Assembly: GCA_965218425.1 (NCBI GenBank)
Contig: OZ244621.1
Location: 4,395,498 to 4,459,497, forward strand
From: an uncultured Candidatus Binatia bacterium
GTDB taxonomy: Bacteria; Desulfobacterota; Binatia; UBA9968; CAXXLF01
DNA length: 64,000 nucleotides
Reading direction: 5' to 3'
This document shows positions 20,520 to 30,726 of this stretch, one piece after another; within the stretch, counting starts at the first letter, position 1; every line of letters begins with the position of its first letter. The notes under the pieces were generated by a model. The model did no database searches and had not been told where the DNA came from. It saw nothing but the letters and a program-made list of their open reading frames with translations. A program made the translations under genes and the position numbers.

Positions 20520-21299
20520 TTGTCTGTTCCAGTTGTTATTCTTTTAATCGTTATTTTCGCGGTGGGTCTGACTGGCATCAAGATATTCCAGGAATACCAA
20601 AGAGGCGTGGTGTTCCGTTTGGGGCGACTCGTCTCCTCTCGCGGGCCCGGGCTTAGCTTTGTCATTCCCTTTATTGAAAAGATGGTTCGGGTGGATTTAC
20701 GAGCCGTCGCCATGCCGGTGCCGCCTCAAGACGTCATCACGCGGGATAACGTATCCGTGAGGGTGGCTGCCGTGGTTTATTTTCGCGTGGTGAACCCAAA
20801 TAACGCAGTCGTTCAAATTGAGGAATATCTTTTTGCCACCTCGCAATTGGCCCAAACCACCCTGCGTAGTGTTTGCGGCCGGGCGCAATTGGACGAAATC
20901 CTAAGCGAAAGAGAGAGGATTAACGCTCAGATTCAGGAGATAATTGACTCGCAAACCCACCCGTGGGGGATCAAAATAAGTCTGGTTGCGGTCAAGGACA
21001 TCGATCTTGCGCAGGACATGCAGCGGGCTATGGCAAAACAGGCTGAGGCAGAAAGAGACAGACGCGCTAAAGTGATCCATGCGGAGGGCGAGTTTCAAGC
21101 GGCGCAGAAACTCTCCGATGCGGCGGAGATCATGGCCACGCATCCCGCGGCCATTCACCTCCGATTCCTGCAGGTTCTTTCCAAAGTTGCCGTTGAACAA
21201 AATGAAACAATCATAGTTCCAGTTCCAATTGACCTGCTGGGACCGCTACTTGACAAAGCACGGAGCCTCGATAGCAGAAATAACGGGAAAGGAGCGTAG
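20520..21299 (+). CDS. SPFH / stomatin-like (slipin) protein
   Basis: [12 protein letters not shown]...QDVITRDNV...[10 protein letters not shown]...[20 protein letters not shown]. Confidence 0.95.
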   Translation: MSVPVVILLIVIFAVGLTGIKIFQEYQRGVVFRLGRLVSSRGPGLSFVIPFIEKMVRVDLRAVAMPVPPQDVITRDNVSVRVAAVVYFRVVNPNNAVVQIEEYLFATSQLAQTTLRSVCGRAQLDEILSERERINAQIQEIIDSQTHPWGIKISLVAVKDIDLAQDMQRAMAKQAEAERDRRAKVIHAEGEFQAAQKLSDAAEIMATHPAAIHLRFLQVLSKVAVEQNETIIVPVPIDLLGPLLDKARSLDSRNNGKGA

Positions 21300-21306
21300 G
21301 AACACC

Positions 21307-21615
21307 ATGATGGACACTGAAAACAATCGACTATTTGTGGGCATAAAGGTTTCCTCGAAGCTACAAAGGGAATTGGACCATTGCGCCCGGGGGGCGGAGC
21401 ACTACTTTAAGGAAGATCATCCCGAGTCGCTGCGGATTGTAACCTTAGGCGAGGAGAAGGTCATCGGAAGGTTTTTACGCGATGGGTATCCCGTTACCGA
21501 CATTGACAACGTGAGCAGAAACGTCCACAGCATCATAACGCTGATCACAGGAGGCTCACGAATCGAGGAGGATTCCATCCGCATATATGCCGCCGACTCA
21601 ACGACGCCTATTTAA
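21307..21615 (+). CDS. Hypothetical protein
   Basis: Starts 7 bp after the SPFH stop; globular-looking 102 aa. Confidence 0.65.
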   Translation: MMDTENNRLFVGIKVSSKLQRELDHCARGAEHYFKEDHPESLRIVTLGEEKVIGRFLRDGYPVTDIDNVSRNVHSIITLITGGSRIEEDSIRIYAADSTTPI

Positions 21616-21931
21616 CCTCGTATGCCGGCATCACACCGCAGAAAAAGAATACACAGGACGACTCGCATATCCCATGGACCCGATGGGCAATGTGCCGACA
21701 CGGGGCACCCACAAAATACCCCTTGTTATAATGGCCGCGACGCTATAGCGTCGCTTTATCAAGAGACTTCCTTCGTATTATTGGCGCGCAAGAGGCAGAA
21801 GGCTAGACCACACCTCAACGATTGCAAGGACTTCGGCTGTAGTGTTCCCGCGAATGTATTGCTTGTAGATCCTGCCCCTCTCCCTCTTCCTAAAACCAAG
21901 GGCATTCAAAAGCCCAAAAAAGGAGAACCTT

Positions 21932-22471
21932 ATGCACCCAGTTATTGTGATTGCCATACCGTTGGTGCTGCTCATCGTAGGCATGATATTGAACAGCATC
22001 CGAATTTCTTTTGATCAACCTGCGAGTTCGCCGGAACAAGATCCCGCAAAAAGGCTCGAAGCTGAAAGACAAGCTTACCATCGGTACTTCAACCTCCAGA
22101 GGATACGAGAGTTGAAAAGGCAGACAAGGGTAGGCCAGTATGCCTGGCTGGTGCTGATCGCGTTTATTGGGTCCCACATGTGGATGTATTTCGACACCGT
22201 AAAGAGGACAACGGCCCGGAATAAAATTGCCGCGCTCCAAACAATGCCGACGGAAAAAGGGAAAGAGACGGTTCTCTCCGTAACCCTAAATGACGGGAGC
22301 AATGAAAAATACCTCATCAACTCGACCAAAGCCGACCCCTCGAATGAAACTGCAAAAGAAGGAATTTCGAAAGAAACGGTCCCGTCTTGGGAGATGTCAG
22401 GACTAGCAACGGCTTTGAGCATTGGCGATAATTCATTACCACTTGGGGTCGCGCTGACAATTTCCAACTAA
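21932..22471 (+). CDS. Hypothetical membrane protein (2 TM)
   Basis: RBS aggag, two hydrophobic segments. Confidence 0.65.
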   Translation: MHPVIVIAIPLVLLIVGMILNSIRISFDQPASSPEQDPAKRLEAERQAYHRYFNLQRIRELKRQTRVGQYAWLVLIAFIGSHMWMYFDTVKRTTARNKIAALQTMPTEKGKETVLSVTLNDGSNEKYLINSTKADPSNETAKEGISKETVPSWEMSGLATALSIGDNSLPLGVALTISN

Positions 22472-22512
22472 CGAGCGACAAAACTCGATCCCCGCCCTAG
22501 ATCCACACAATA

Positions 22513-22543
22513 AGGGGCACGCCGCAGGTTGCGGCATGCCCCT
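22513..22543. repeat. REP-like hairpin or terminator
   Basis: aggggcacgccgca-ggt-tgcggcatgcccct. Confidence 0.5.
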
Positions 22544-22785
22544 GGCCAACTACCGGTTTGCCGCCCAAAGGTCATGAAGCGGGAGTGGATGGCTGAACGG
22601 GAAAGAAAATAGAAAAGTCCCGGGGGTTAAAGACCCTACTCCATTTTTTAAGGAATTCATACGCCACTAGACATAATTTTGCAGCGTAACGAATTCTGTC
22701 TGCCATAAAAATGTGCGGCTATAGCTTGGTTCAGATTCGAAGATAACTTGGCATCTGACTGGGGAAGGAGACTGAAATGCGCCTA

Positions 22786-23599
22786 GGGCCTGTTAACACT
22801 AGCGTAACGCCTCGATGATGAGCGAGAAGAGGATGAAACCGAGGAAGATCACATCGAGCTTCTCGAAGCGGGAGAAGACTCGCCGGAAACCCTTCAGACG
22901 ACGAAACAACCTCTCGATTTCGTTGCGTCGCTTCTACATGTGGCCATCGTACTGCCAAGGGTCGACTCGCGTGGCCAACGGCGCCACCACGGGTGTGAAC
23001 CCCAGAGCCAGAGCCAACTGGCGTGTCTCGTTACCTTCATACGCCCGGTCCATGACGAGCGAGGGATTGTCGTGCTGCTGACCAGGGCGATTCAGCAACT
23101 TACGTCGTTCTGGAGCGTCGTGGGCCTGTGCGGGGGAAAGCGAGAAGGTGATAGCCGTTCGAGCATCCGCGGCAACCATATGAATCTTGGTGCTCCACCC
23201 GCCGCGGGATTTGCCGATGGCTTGGGGACCGTTTTTTTTAGTGCCCCGGTCCCGTCGGGATGGACCTTGACGATGGTGGTGTCCATCGACACGGCCTCGA
23301 TCTTGATGCGCACCATCTGCTCCCTCTGTAGTTGCTCGAAGACCTAGTCCAGCACCCCGTTCTTCGACCAGCGATTCATTCGAGTGTAGATCGTGTGCCA
23401 ATTGCCCAACCGAGACGGTAACCCACGCCACTTGCAACCATGCTCCGCTACATACAAGATAGCGTTCAGCACCTGGCGGTTCGAAAGGCTGACATTACCC
23501 CACTGCACCGCAAGCTACGGCGCAATACGGTCGTACTGGGCTTGAGTCAGTTCCATCCCCAAAGTGTAACGTATTTCCAGCATTAGTGTTTACAGGACC
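22786..23599 (-). mobile_element. IS5-family (IS427-like) element; transposase with an A-run frameshift and a premature TAG
   Basis: Inverted repeats GGGCCTGTTAACACTA / TAGTGTTTACAGGACC inserted in a CTAG (TA duplication). ATG at 23556, TAG at 23344-23346, motifs GKSRGGWSTKIH and DRAY. Confidence 0.9.
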
Positions 23600-23856
23600 T
23601 AGTCGATCTCGGCTATGGTCACTTCCGCGTCGATCATTGCAAGGAGGAGTTCACCAAGGGGGCCGTCCATATCAACGGCATCTAGGGCTTGTGGGCTCTG
23701 GCGAAGGTCAGGCTGGCAAGGTTCAAAGGCCTGCCCAAACACACCTTGCACCTCCATCTCAAGGAAACCGAATGGCGATACAACCGTCGAGGTTCCAACA
23801 AGTATCGAACCCTGCTACAGTACCTACGCGAAAACCCACTCTGCTAGGCATGACCC
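23600..23856 (+). mobile_element. IS1595-family transposase C-terminal remnant
   Basis: LVDLGYGHFRVDH...HINGI*GLW...HLKETEWRYN. Confidence 0.8.
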
Positions 23857-24029
23857 AAAAATATATAGTGAATGAGGTATAGCCGGACAGGATCCCACTG
23901 GTTATATCTTCCCCCTAGGATCTTTTTGTGGTTGCTATAGATCTATCCAGACTGATATATTGTCGGGACAGTAATTCTCCGGAGCCGATTCAGGAGGAAC
24001 AGGGGCCGAGGCTAGCGGCCATCTCAGGA

Positions 24030-24428
24030 ATGAAAGATAAGGTCCATAAATCCGACGAGGAGTGGAAAAAGCGACTCACCCCTGAACAGTTCTACGTCTG
24101 CCGACAAAAAGGCACCGAGGCGCCCTTCTCGGGAGAATACTGCAACTCCAAAGAGAAGGGAGTTTACCAGTGCACCTGCTGCGGCAACGATCTTTTCAGC
24201 TCAGACACAAAATTTGATTCCGGCACGGGCTGGCCAAGCTTTTGGCAACCCATCGCACCGCAGAACGTCGATACGGAAACCGACAACAGTCGTTTCATGG
24301 AGAGGATTGAAGTGATGTGCAGCGCCTGCGGCGCCCATCTCGGTCATGTGTTCGACGACGGCCCAAATCCCACGAACCTGCGCTACTGCATCAATTCCGT
24401 TTCCCTGAAACTCGCAAAGGATAAATGA
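24030..24428 (+). CDS. msrB: Peptide-methionine (R)-S-oxide reductase
   Basis: GTEAPFSG, Cxx[28 protein letters not shown]. Confidence 0.97.
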   Translation: MKDKVHKSDEEWKKRLTPEQFYVCRQKGTEAPFSGEYCNSKEKGVYQCTCCGNDLFSSDTKFDSGTGWPSFWQPIAPQNVDTETDNSRFMERIEVMCSACGAHLGHVFDDGPNPTNLRYCINSVSLKLAKDK

Positions 24429-24497
24429 TAGACCCCGACCTCCATCCACCATCGACAGGTTCCCTAAACTTCCTCACTACCCTTCTAAGAGGACACT

Positions 24498-25238
24498 ATG
24501 ATTGTTGAACATCTTCCGCCAAAGTTCGAGAAGAATTTGAACGGGTTCGTTCTGACCGTACGCAATCTGCTGGGCGCAGACTTGAAGAGCGTCATCTTAT
24601 ACGGCAGTGCGGCCCGCGGTGAGTTCGATGTCAAGAGATCCGACCTGAACCTACTGGTGGTTCTTGAACAGGTGGATTTCCAACATCTCGCCATCATGGC
24701 CCCCATGATAAAGAAATGGTACCGGCAACGCATTGCCACACCCTTGATGGTGAGCCCTCAGTATCTCTCCAGCGCCCTGGATGTCTTCCCGCTAGAGTTC
24801 CTGGAGATGCAAGCGGCCCGACGGGTCCTGTTTGGCGATGACGTTCTGGCGAAAATCACGCCCCCCATTCAGGCCATCAGACACCAGTGCGAGCAGGAGG
24901 CTAGAGGCAAACTCCTGCACCTGAGAGAGATTGTTCTGGAAACGGCCCTGAAACCGAAACAGCTGCGGCAGGCCATGATCCTCTCGGTGCCGTCTTTTGT
25001 GAGGATCGGAAGGTACATCCTCCAATTGCTCGAGCAACCACCGCAACTACACGCAAAAGAGGTCATTTCAGAGCTACGAAAGGCCACCCAACTCCCTCTC
25101 GAGGGCCTGGAGATTGCATGGAATATAAAGACGGGAGAGCGCACGGTGCCCCGTAGCGATATCATGTCGTTCTTCCAGACCTACCTGCACGATGCGGTGG
25201 CCATCACAACCTTCGTGGACAACTTGAAGGTCGCCTGA
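24498..25238 (+). CDS. Nucleotidyltransferase-fold (pol-beta superfamily) protein
   Basis: SVILYGSAARGEF...SDLNLL...DVFPLEF. Confidence 0.85.
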   Translation: MIVEHLPPKFEKNLNGFVLTVRNLLGADLKSVILYGSAARGEFDVKRSDLNLLVVLEQVDFQHLAIMAPMIKKWYRQRIATPLMVSPQYLSSALDVFPLEFLEMQAARRVLFGDDVLAKITPPIQAIRHQCEQEARGKLLHLREIVLETALKPKQLRQAMILSVPSFVRIGRYILQLLEQPPQLHAKEVISELRKATQLPLEGLEIAWNIKTGERTVPRSDIMSFFQTYLHDAVAITTFVDNLKVA

Positions 25239-25270
25239 TCCCCAAATCCGGATCTCCACTCAAACCAACC

Positions 25271-26092
25271 ATGCAAATTGCCGCCATGACTCGTCTATTT
25301 CGTGCTCCATATCCTATGCTCCGTCCTATGGGGCTTAACTTTGCAGCGGTGATGTTTTTTTTGATGGCCATGGTCCCCCCGACGGTCCTCGCTCAGATCA
25401 ACGTGGTCCCGCTTAAAAATTACGTCAACGATTACGCTGGGATCCTACCACAAAACGTTCAGAGCCAACTCAACAGCTTGCTGAAGCAACTAGAAAATCA
25501 GACCGAGGCGCAGATTGCCGTGGTTATCATCGACTCCACTGAAGGGGTGGCACATTCCGACTATGCCGTGGAATTCGGGCAGAAGTGGGGGGTGGGAAAG
25601 AAAGGCAAAGACAATGGGGTGGTGTTCCTCGTGGCGGTCAAAGACCGTAAGACGTTTATCGCCACGGGATACGGTGTGGAGGGCATCCTGCCCGATGGAA
25701 AGGTTGGCCGCATTCGCGACCAGGCGATCCTCCCACACTTCCGAAAAGGGGAAATGGGAAACGGTATCATCAACGGGACCCTCTACCTGGCCCAAGAGAT
25801 TGCCAAATCCGAAGGGATATCTCTCCAGTCCCTGGCCCCGGGAGTTCGCAACCCCCGGCTGCTGCGTCGGCGGGGAACATCGTTCCTTGGATTTCTTCCA
25901 ATCTTGCTGATCTTCATGTTGTTTATGGGCAGAGGGTTTTTCGGGTTCTTTCCCCTACCCTTTTTATTTGGAGGCTACGGCATGCGTGGCGGCAGCTTTG
26001 GCGGCGGCTTCGGCGGTCACGGGTTTGGCGGGGGATTCGGCGGCGGCATGGGCGGCGGCTTCGGCGGCGGCGGTACCGGTGGAGGCTGGTAA
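25271..26092 (+). CDS. TPM-domain (YgcG-like) membrane protein with a Gly-rich tail; true start may be 25328
   Basis: YVNDYAGIL...WGVGKKGKDNGV...TGYGVEGILPD...GGGTGGGW. Confidence 0.93.
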   Translation: MQIAAMTRLFRAPYPMLRPMGLNFAAVMFFLMAMVPPTVLAQINVVPLKNYVNDYAGILPQNVQSQLNSLLKQLENQTEAQIAVVIIDSTEGVAHSDYAVEFGQKWGVGKKGKDNGVVFLVAVKDRKTFIATGYGVEGILPDGKVGRIRDQAILPHFRKGEMGNGIINGTLYLAQEIAKSEGISLQSLAPGVRNPRLLRRRGTSFLGFLPILLIFMLFMGRGFFGFFPLPFLFGGYGMRGGSFGGGFGGHGFGGGFGGGMGGGFGGGGTGGGW

Positions 26093-26124
26093 CGTAGCTT
26101 AATTCCCGGAGAGGAGATCAAGAA

Positions 26125-26700
26125 ATGAAAAGAGGACTTTTGATAGTCGGCATCACCCTTGGGCTGCTGGTGGTGGTGGGCATCGGGAGCTGTGGTTACG
26201 TGGTTTCCAAACGCAACCGCTTCATTAACATGGACGAAGCCATCACCGGACAGTGGGCTCAGGTGGAGAATGTACTGCAACGCCGGAGCGATCTCATCCC
26301 CAACCTCGTAAATACTGTGAAAGGCTTTGCCTCCCAGGAAAAAGAGATTTTTACCAACATTGCCGAGTCCAGGGCGAAGCTGAGCGGTGCGACCAAAATC
26401 GGGGACAAAATCAACGCTGCCAACGGGATGTCCGCGGCCCTGGGGCGATTGCTGGTCATCGTGGAGCGGTATCCGAATCTCAAATCCAACCAGAACTTCC
26501 TGGCTCTCCAGGACGAGCTGGCGGGCACTGAGAACCGTATTGCAGTGGAAAGGAAGCGCTACAATGACCGGGTACGGGAATTTAATGGAGGCATACGCCG
26601 GTTTCCAGGAAATCTGATTGCGTCGTCCATGGGGCTTGCCCGCTACCCCTACTATGAGGTGCCCACAGAAAAGAAAGAGGTTCCCCAGGTCAAGTTTTGA
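26125..26700 (+). CDS. lemA: LemA-family protein
   Basis: QRRSDLIPNLVNTVKG...YPNLKSN...GTENRIAVER...YN. Confidence 0.95.
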   Translation: MKRGLLIVGITLGLLVVVGIGSCGYVVSKRNRFINMDEAITGQWAQVENVLQRRSDLIPNLVNTVKGFASQEKEIFTNIAESRAKLSGATKIGDKINAANGMSAALGRLLVIVERYPNLKSNQNFLALQDELAGTENRIAVERKRYNDRVREFNGGIRRFPGNLIASSMGLARYPYYEVPTEKKEVPQVKF

Positions 26701-26757
26701 ACACAATGCGAACAGACTTCATCGCACTGAACCCGAAGGACAGGTCATATAAAGGAA

Positions 26758-27387
26758 GTGAACCCACCTAAAGATCCTATTCTCTCGGCCATCCTGTCGG
26801 TCCTGATGCCAGGTCTGGGGCAATTCTACTGCCGGCAATGGGGTAGAGGGGCCATGTTCTTGGTGGGTGCCATCTTCACTGGCGCCCTGTTCCCTCCCAT
26901 AGGATTTCTTTTATCCGGCGCAATCTGGATCTGGGGCATCGTGGATGCTTACCGAATCGCCCAAGAAGAACAGGGCTACGAAAGCGGTGCCGAGGGACCC
27001 ATTATCGATGTGGGACGGCCCCGATTTTCCAACATAGACATCCGGCCTGCTCTCACCTTAATAGGCGTTCCCGTAGCCATCGTTGTCATGATTGTGTTGA
27101 CTTTGGCCTTACTTCTCACCCGGTATGGGTTTTGGCGTGATGGTTCTTCCAGCGAAGCTGGAAAATCAATCATGGAGAAGATTGAGGCTCACAAGACAAC
27201 CACCGGATCCTATCCGCGTTCATTGAGTGTCCTCATAGACCCAACCGATCCCATAGAGAAAAAACGAACCCTTGACCCCTGGGGAAACCCTTATATCTAT
27301 CGAACCACCCGGGGTGGTTTCGAACTTTTCAGTTCCGGTAAGGACGGCATTGCGGGCACTAAGGACGACATTCGTTACCATCCCTAG
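26758..27387 (+). CDS. Membrane protein: N-terminal PGLGQFY membrane domain plus C-terminal GspG-like pseudopilin domain
   Basis: [14 protein letters not shown]...; DPWGNPYIY...[14 protein letters not shown]. Confidence 0.75.
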   Translation: MNPPKDPILSAILSVLMPGLGQFYCRQWGRGAMFLVGAIFTGALFPPIGFLLSGAIWIWGIVDAYRIAQEEQGYESGAEGPIIDVGRPRFSNIDIRPALTLIGVPVAIVVMIVLTLALLLTRYGFWRDGSSSEAGKSIMEKIEAHKTTTGSYPRSLSVLIDPTDPIEKKRTLDPWGNPYIYRTTRGGFELFSSGKDGIAGTKDDIRYHP

Positions 27388-27427
27388 GTCCTCCTGCAGG
27401 CAGCACTATGCTTTATCCGGGTTGCTT

Positions 27428-27560
27428 ACCGCTCATCGGTGCTGACTTGTTCCATTTGCGGGATATCAGAACCGTTGCCACCGCAATGGCCAGCATCGGC
27501 GGGACCGGCACATTCGACGGCATTGTCCTGTCGGGGCTGATGGCAGCCTTTCTGGCATGA
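27428..27560 (+). pseudogene. DUF1614-like membrane protein, C-terminal remnant
   Basis: [13 protein letters not shown]...[23 protein letters not shown]. Confidence 0.65.
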
Positions 27561-27605
27561 CGGCTAATCCAATGAATCGTTTCGGCAACAGAGAGAGGAA
27601 ACCTC

Positions 27606-28865
27606 ATGAGCCTATTTGAGATCGCGGCCATTCTTTTAACCCTCGCCGCCTTGTTCAGCTATTTCAACGAGCGTTATGTGGGAATGCCCACCACCATTGG
27701 GCTCATGTTTATCTCCCTTGTGATCTCCTTGGCCCTGATTGGCATAGCGAGTATGGGCCTGGATGTGGAAAGCAGGGCCGAGTCGGTTCTCGCTGAGATC
27801 GATTTCAGCGACCTCCTTTTGCACGGCATGCTGGGCTTTCTTCTCTTTGCCGGCGCCCTGCACGTCAACCTAGGGGACCTGCTACAACAGAAATGGGTCA
27901 TCAGCTCCCTGGCCACCGCCGGTGTCCTGACCTCCACCCTCATCGTGGCCTTTTTAACCTGGATTCTGTCGCGTGTTCTGGGACTGGAGCTCCCCTTTAT
28001 CTACTGTTTGCTGTTTGGAGCTCTCATCTCTCCAACAGATCCCATTGCAGTGCTGGGAATTCTCAAAAGCGCCAACGCCCCCAAGAGCCTGGAAACCAAG
28101 ATTACCGGTGAGTCGCTGTTCAATGATGGGGTTGGTGTCGTGGTGTTCATCGTCCTTTTGGACATTGTCCGTGGTGGCCATGAACTGGATGCGTGGGAGG
28201 TGGTTGTTTTCTTCCTGCAGGAGGCCGTGGGTGGTGCGGTGTTCGGCCTGGCCACGGGGTTTTTGGTTTACTGGATGCTAAAGAGCCTGGACAACTACCC
28301 GGTGGAGATCCTTCTAACCATGGCTCTGGTCACCGGCACCTATGCCCTGGCAGAATCGCTGCATCTTTCCGCGCCCATCGCCGTGGTAGTGGCGGGGCTT
28401 TTGATCGGGAACAAAGGACGTTCCCTGGCCATGTCGGAGAAGACTTGCGAGCACCTGGACTCTTTCTGGGAGCTGGTGGATGAGATTTTGAACGCCGTGC
28501 TGTTCGTCCTCATCGGCCTTGAGATCCTGGTACTTCAATTCAACGTGAGTTATCTACTGGCAGGTCTGGCGGCCATACCCATTGTACTGGCGGCACGATG
28601 GGTGAGTGTAGGTATTCCCATCAGCCTTCTCAGGCTACGCCGGGAGTTCTCTCCCAATGTGGTAAAGATCATGACCTGGGGCGGGTTGCGAGGCGGGATC
28701 TCGGTGGCCCTTGCTCTTTCCCTACCTACAGGTCCCGAGCGCGCTGTGATCCTGGCCATCACCTATACCGTGGTGGTCTTCTCTATTCTGGTGCAGGGTC
28801 TGACCATCAGCCGACTCTTTCCTACCACCGCTGAGGACTCCGAAACAGACGTGGAAACTCACTAG
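27606..28865 (+). CDS. Na+/H+ antiporter, CPA1/NhaP family
   Basis: LISPTDPIAV, GESLFNDG, WGGLRGGIS. Confidence 0.95.
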   Translation: MSLFEIAAILLTLAALFSYFNERYVGMPTTIGLMFISLVISLALIGIASMGLDVESRAESVLAEIDFSDLLLHGMLGFLLFAGALHVNLGDLLQQKWVISSLATAGVLTSTLIVAFLTWILSRVLGLELPFIYCLLFGALISPTDPIAVLGILKSANAPKSLETKITGESLFNDGVGVVVFIVLLDIVRGGHELDAWEVVVFFLQEAVGGAVFGLATGFLVYWMLKSLDNYPVEILLTMALVTGTYALAESLHLSAPIAVVVAGLLIGNKGRSLAMSEKTCEHLDSFWELVDEILNAVLFVLIGLEILVLQFNVSYLLAGLAAIPIVLAARWVSVGIPISLLRLRREFSPNVVKIMTWGGLRGGISVALALSLPTGPERAVILAITYTVVVFSILVQGLTISRLFPTTAEDSETDVETH

Positions 28866-28889
28866 TCTCCAATTTCAGGATGCCGAGGG

Positions 28890-28930
28890 CAAAAAAATAG
28901 GGGGACGGTATTCACCCCGCCCCCCTTTGT
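28890..28930. terminator. Probable bidirectional terminator between convergent genes
   Basis: A-run, GGGGGACGG...CCGCCCCCC hairpin, T-rich flank. Confidence 0.55.
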
Positions 28931-28966
28931 TGACTGCCCTGGCAGCGAATAGGGCTGTCTACACTT

Positions 28967-29257
28967 TTATTTCACAGTTACGGCACTTGCTGTCTTGCGA
29001 TCGTCGTCCTCGTCATAGGTTGCAGAGACGCTTTGACCTTCCTTGATCTCGAAACGATCACCCACACCGTTGAGCTCCGTGCTGCCGCCGCTGATCCGAA
29101 CCCGAACCGACTTACCATCATTCGACTTGATGGTGATATAGCGGCCCTCTCTCTCGATTGCGGCAACCTTTCCTTCCATGTCGGCTGCGAGCACGGAACC
29201 AGCCAATGACAGGCTGAACAGTACCACGGCGATTAAACTAAGTGGCTTCCTGACCAT
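28967..29257 (-). CDS. Small exported beta-rich hypothetical protein (OB-fold-like)
   Basis: Signal peptide ...GSVLA-AD; GKVAAIE...IKEGQSVSATY. Confidence 0.7.
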   Translation of the reverse strand: MVRKPLSLIAVVLFSLSLAGSVLAADMEGKVAAIEREGRYITIKSNDGKSVRVRISGGSTELNGVGDRFEIKEGQSVSATYDEDDDRKTASAVTVK

Positions 29258-29495
29258 TGTTTTTCGCGCCCTTTCCCGCTTAAATCAGTATCGGAGCGAA
29301 TACTATGGGATCGAAAATATGTCAAGCGCACACCACCTATGCGAAGGTTCATGGGCAACTCCGAATCTCATGTAATTTCAATTATTTGACTCTAAACGTT
29401 TGATTTAACTTATATTTTATCTTTCTATTCTGGAAACATTTACTTGGAAAATTTGTTGCCTGGTGGAAGGAAACCCCTGATTTCCACAGTGGATT

Positions 29496-30605
29496 ATGAT
29501 CACTGAACGTGCCGATGTTGTTGGCAGTCTGCTTCGGCCGTCCGGGCTGCTGAAGGCTCAGAAGCAGGTGGCCACCGGGACCATTGACCGGTCCAGTTTT
29601 AAGGCCATCGAGGATCGGGCAGTGGACGAGGTGGTATTGCTGCAGGAAGAAGCGGGACTTGGCATCGTCACCGACGGTGAAATGCGCAGGCAGTCCTTCC
29701 AAAGCCAGATGACGGAAGCGGTTGATGGCTTTGGTGAATATACCATGGATGCCTTCCTCTGGGGTGAATGGCATGGCGACAAGAACGTGGGTGATTGGAG
29801 CCTGGAGCGTCCCAGCACTTTAGGGGTAGTGAAAAAGCTTAGTCGAAAACGATACCTTTCCGTGGATGAGTACACCTACCTGCGATCGCGCACCACGCGG
29901 ATACCCAAGATCACCCTGCCAAGCCCCAGCCTGTTTGCTAACTTCTGGTCTCCAGAGCGTTCCAAACGAGCCTATCCTACACTGGATCATCTCCTGGCTG
30001 ACATTGTCGATATTCTTCGGGGCGAGGTTACGGAGCTGACTCGGTTAGGAGCTACGTATATTCAGCTAGATGCACCCCATTACTGCTTACTGTTAGATCC
30101 GAAAACGAAGTCGTTCTATGAGTCCCGGGGATGGCGTGCCGATCGATGGCTCCAGGCCGGCATCGAAATGGATAACGCCGTGTTGGGCGAGGTTTCTCAG
30201 GTCACTTTCGGGTTTCATCTCTGACGGGGTAATCAAGGCAGCCGGTGGCTGCTGGAGGGAGGCTACGACCTTCTCGCACGACAGGTCTTTAGGGAAATCC
30301 GCGCAGAGCGACTCTTGCTGGAATATGACGACCCGCGTTCCGGATCCTTTGAACCGTTAAAAGAAGTGCCAGACGGAAAAATCGCCGTTCTCGGACTGGT
30401 TTCCACCAAGGGACCAAGACTGGAGACCCAAGCGGAGTTGGTCAAAAGAATTCACGAAGCAAGCCGATTCCTGCCCCTCCAGCAACTAGCCGTCAGCCCG
30501 CAGTGCGGATTTTCCACATCTGTAATCGGCAATCGGATTTCAGCGCGGGATCAGAAGCAAAAGCTTCGTGCAGTGGTTGAAGCCGCTCATTCGGTATGGG
30601 GCTAA
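29496..30605 (+). CDS. Cobalamin-independent methionine synthase II-family (Meth_synt_2) protein; candidate selenoprotein (U243)
   Basis: ORFs 29496-30224 and 30315-30605 are in one frame separated by a single TGA (30222-30224) in HL*RGN (family consensus HxCRGN). Motifs VGSLLRP, TDGEMRR, LLEYD and SPQCGF are intact. Confidence 0.85.
30225..30255 (+). promoter_or_regulatory. Candidate bacterial SECIS element
   Basis: GCAGCC-GGT-GGCTGC hairpin (30238-30252); the loop starts 19 nt after the UGA. Confidence 0.6.
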
Positions 30606-30726
30606 TCCCGACATGGGCGCATCTCACTTGTCACACAGCACCGAAAATGTTAGATACCACTCAATTCAGAGTTGAAATTACATAAGTGTATCTCCTTCGA
30701 AAATCCTCACAGAGGGGGAAGGTGTC

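Noticed and set aside
24030..24428. MsrB as a selenoprotein
   Set aside because: The catalytic RYCINS is encoded with TGC and the TGA is at the normal C-terminus.
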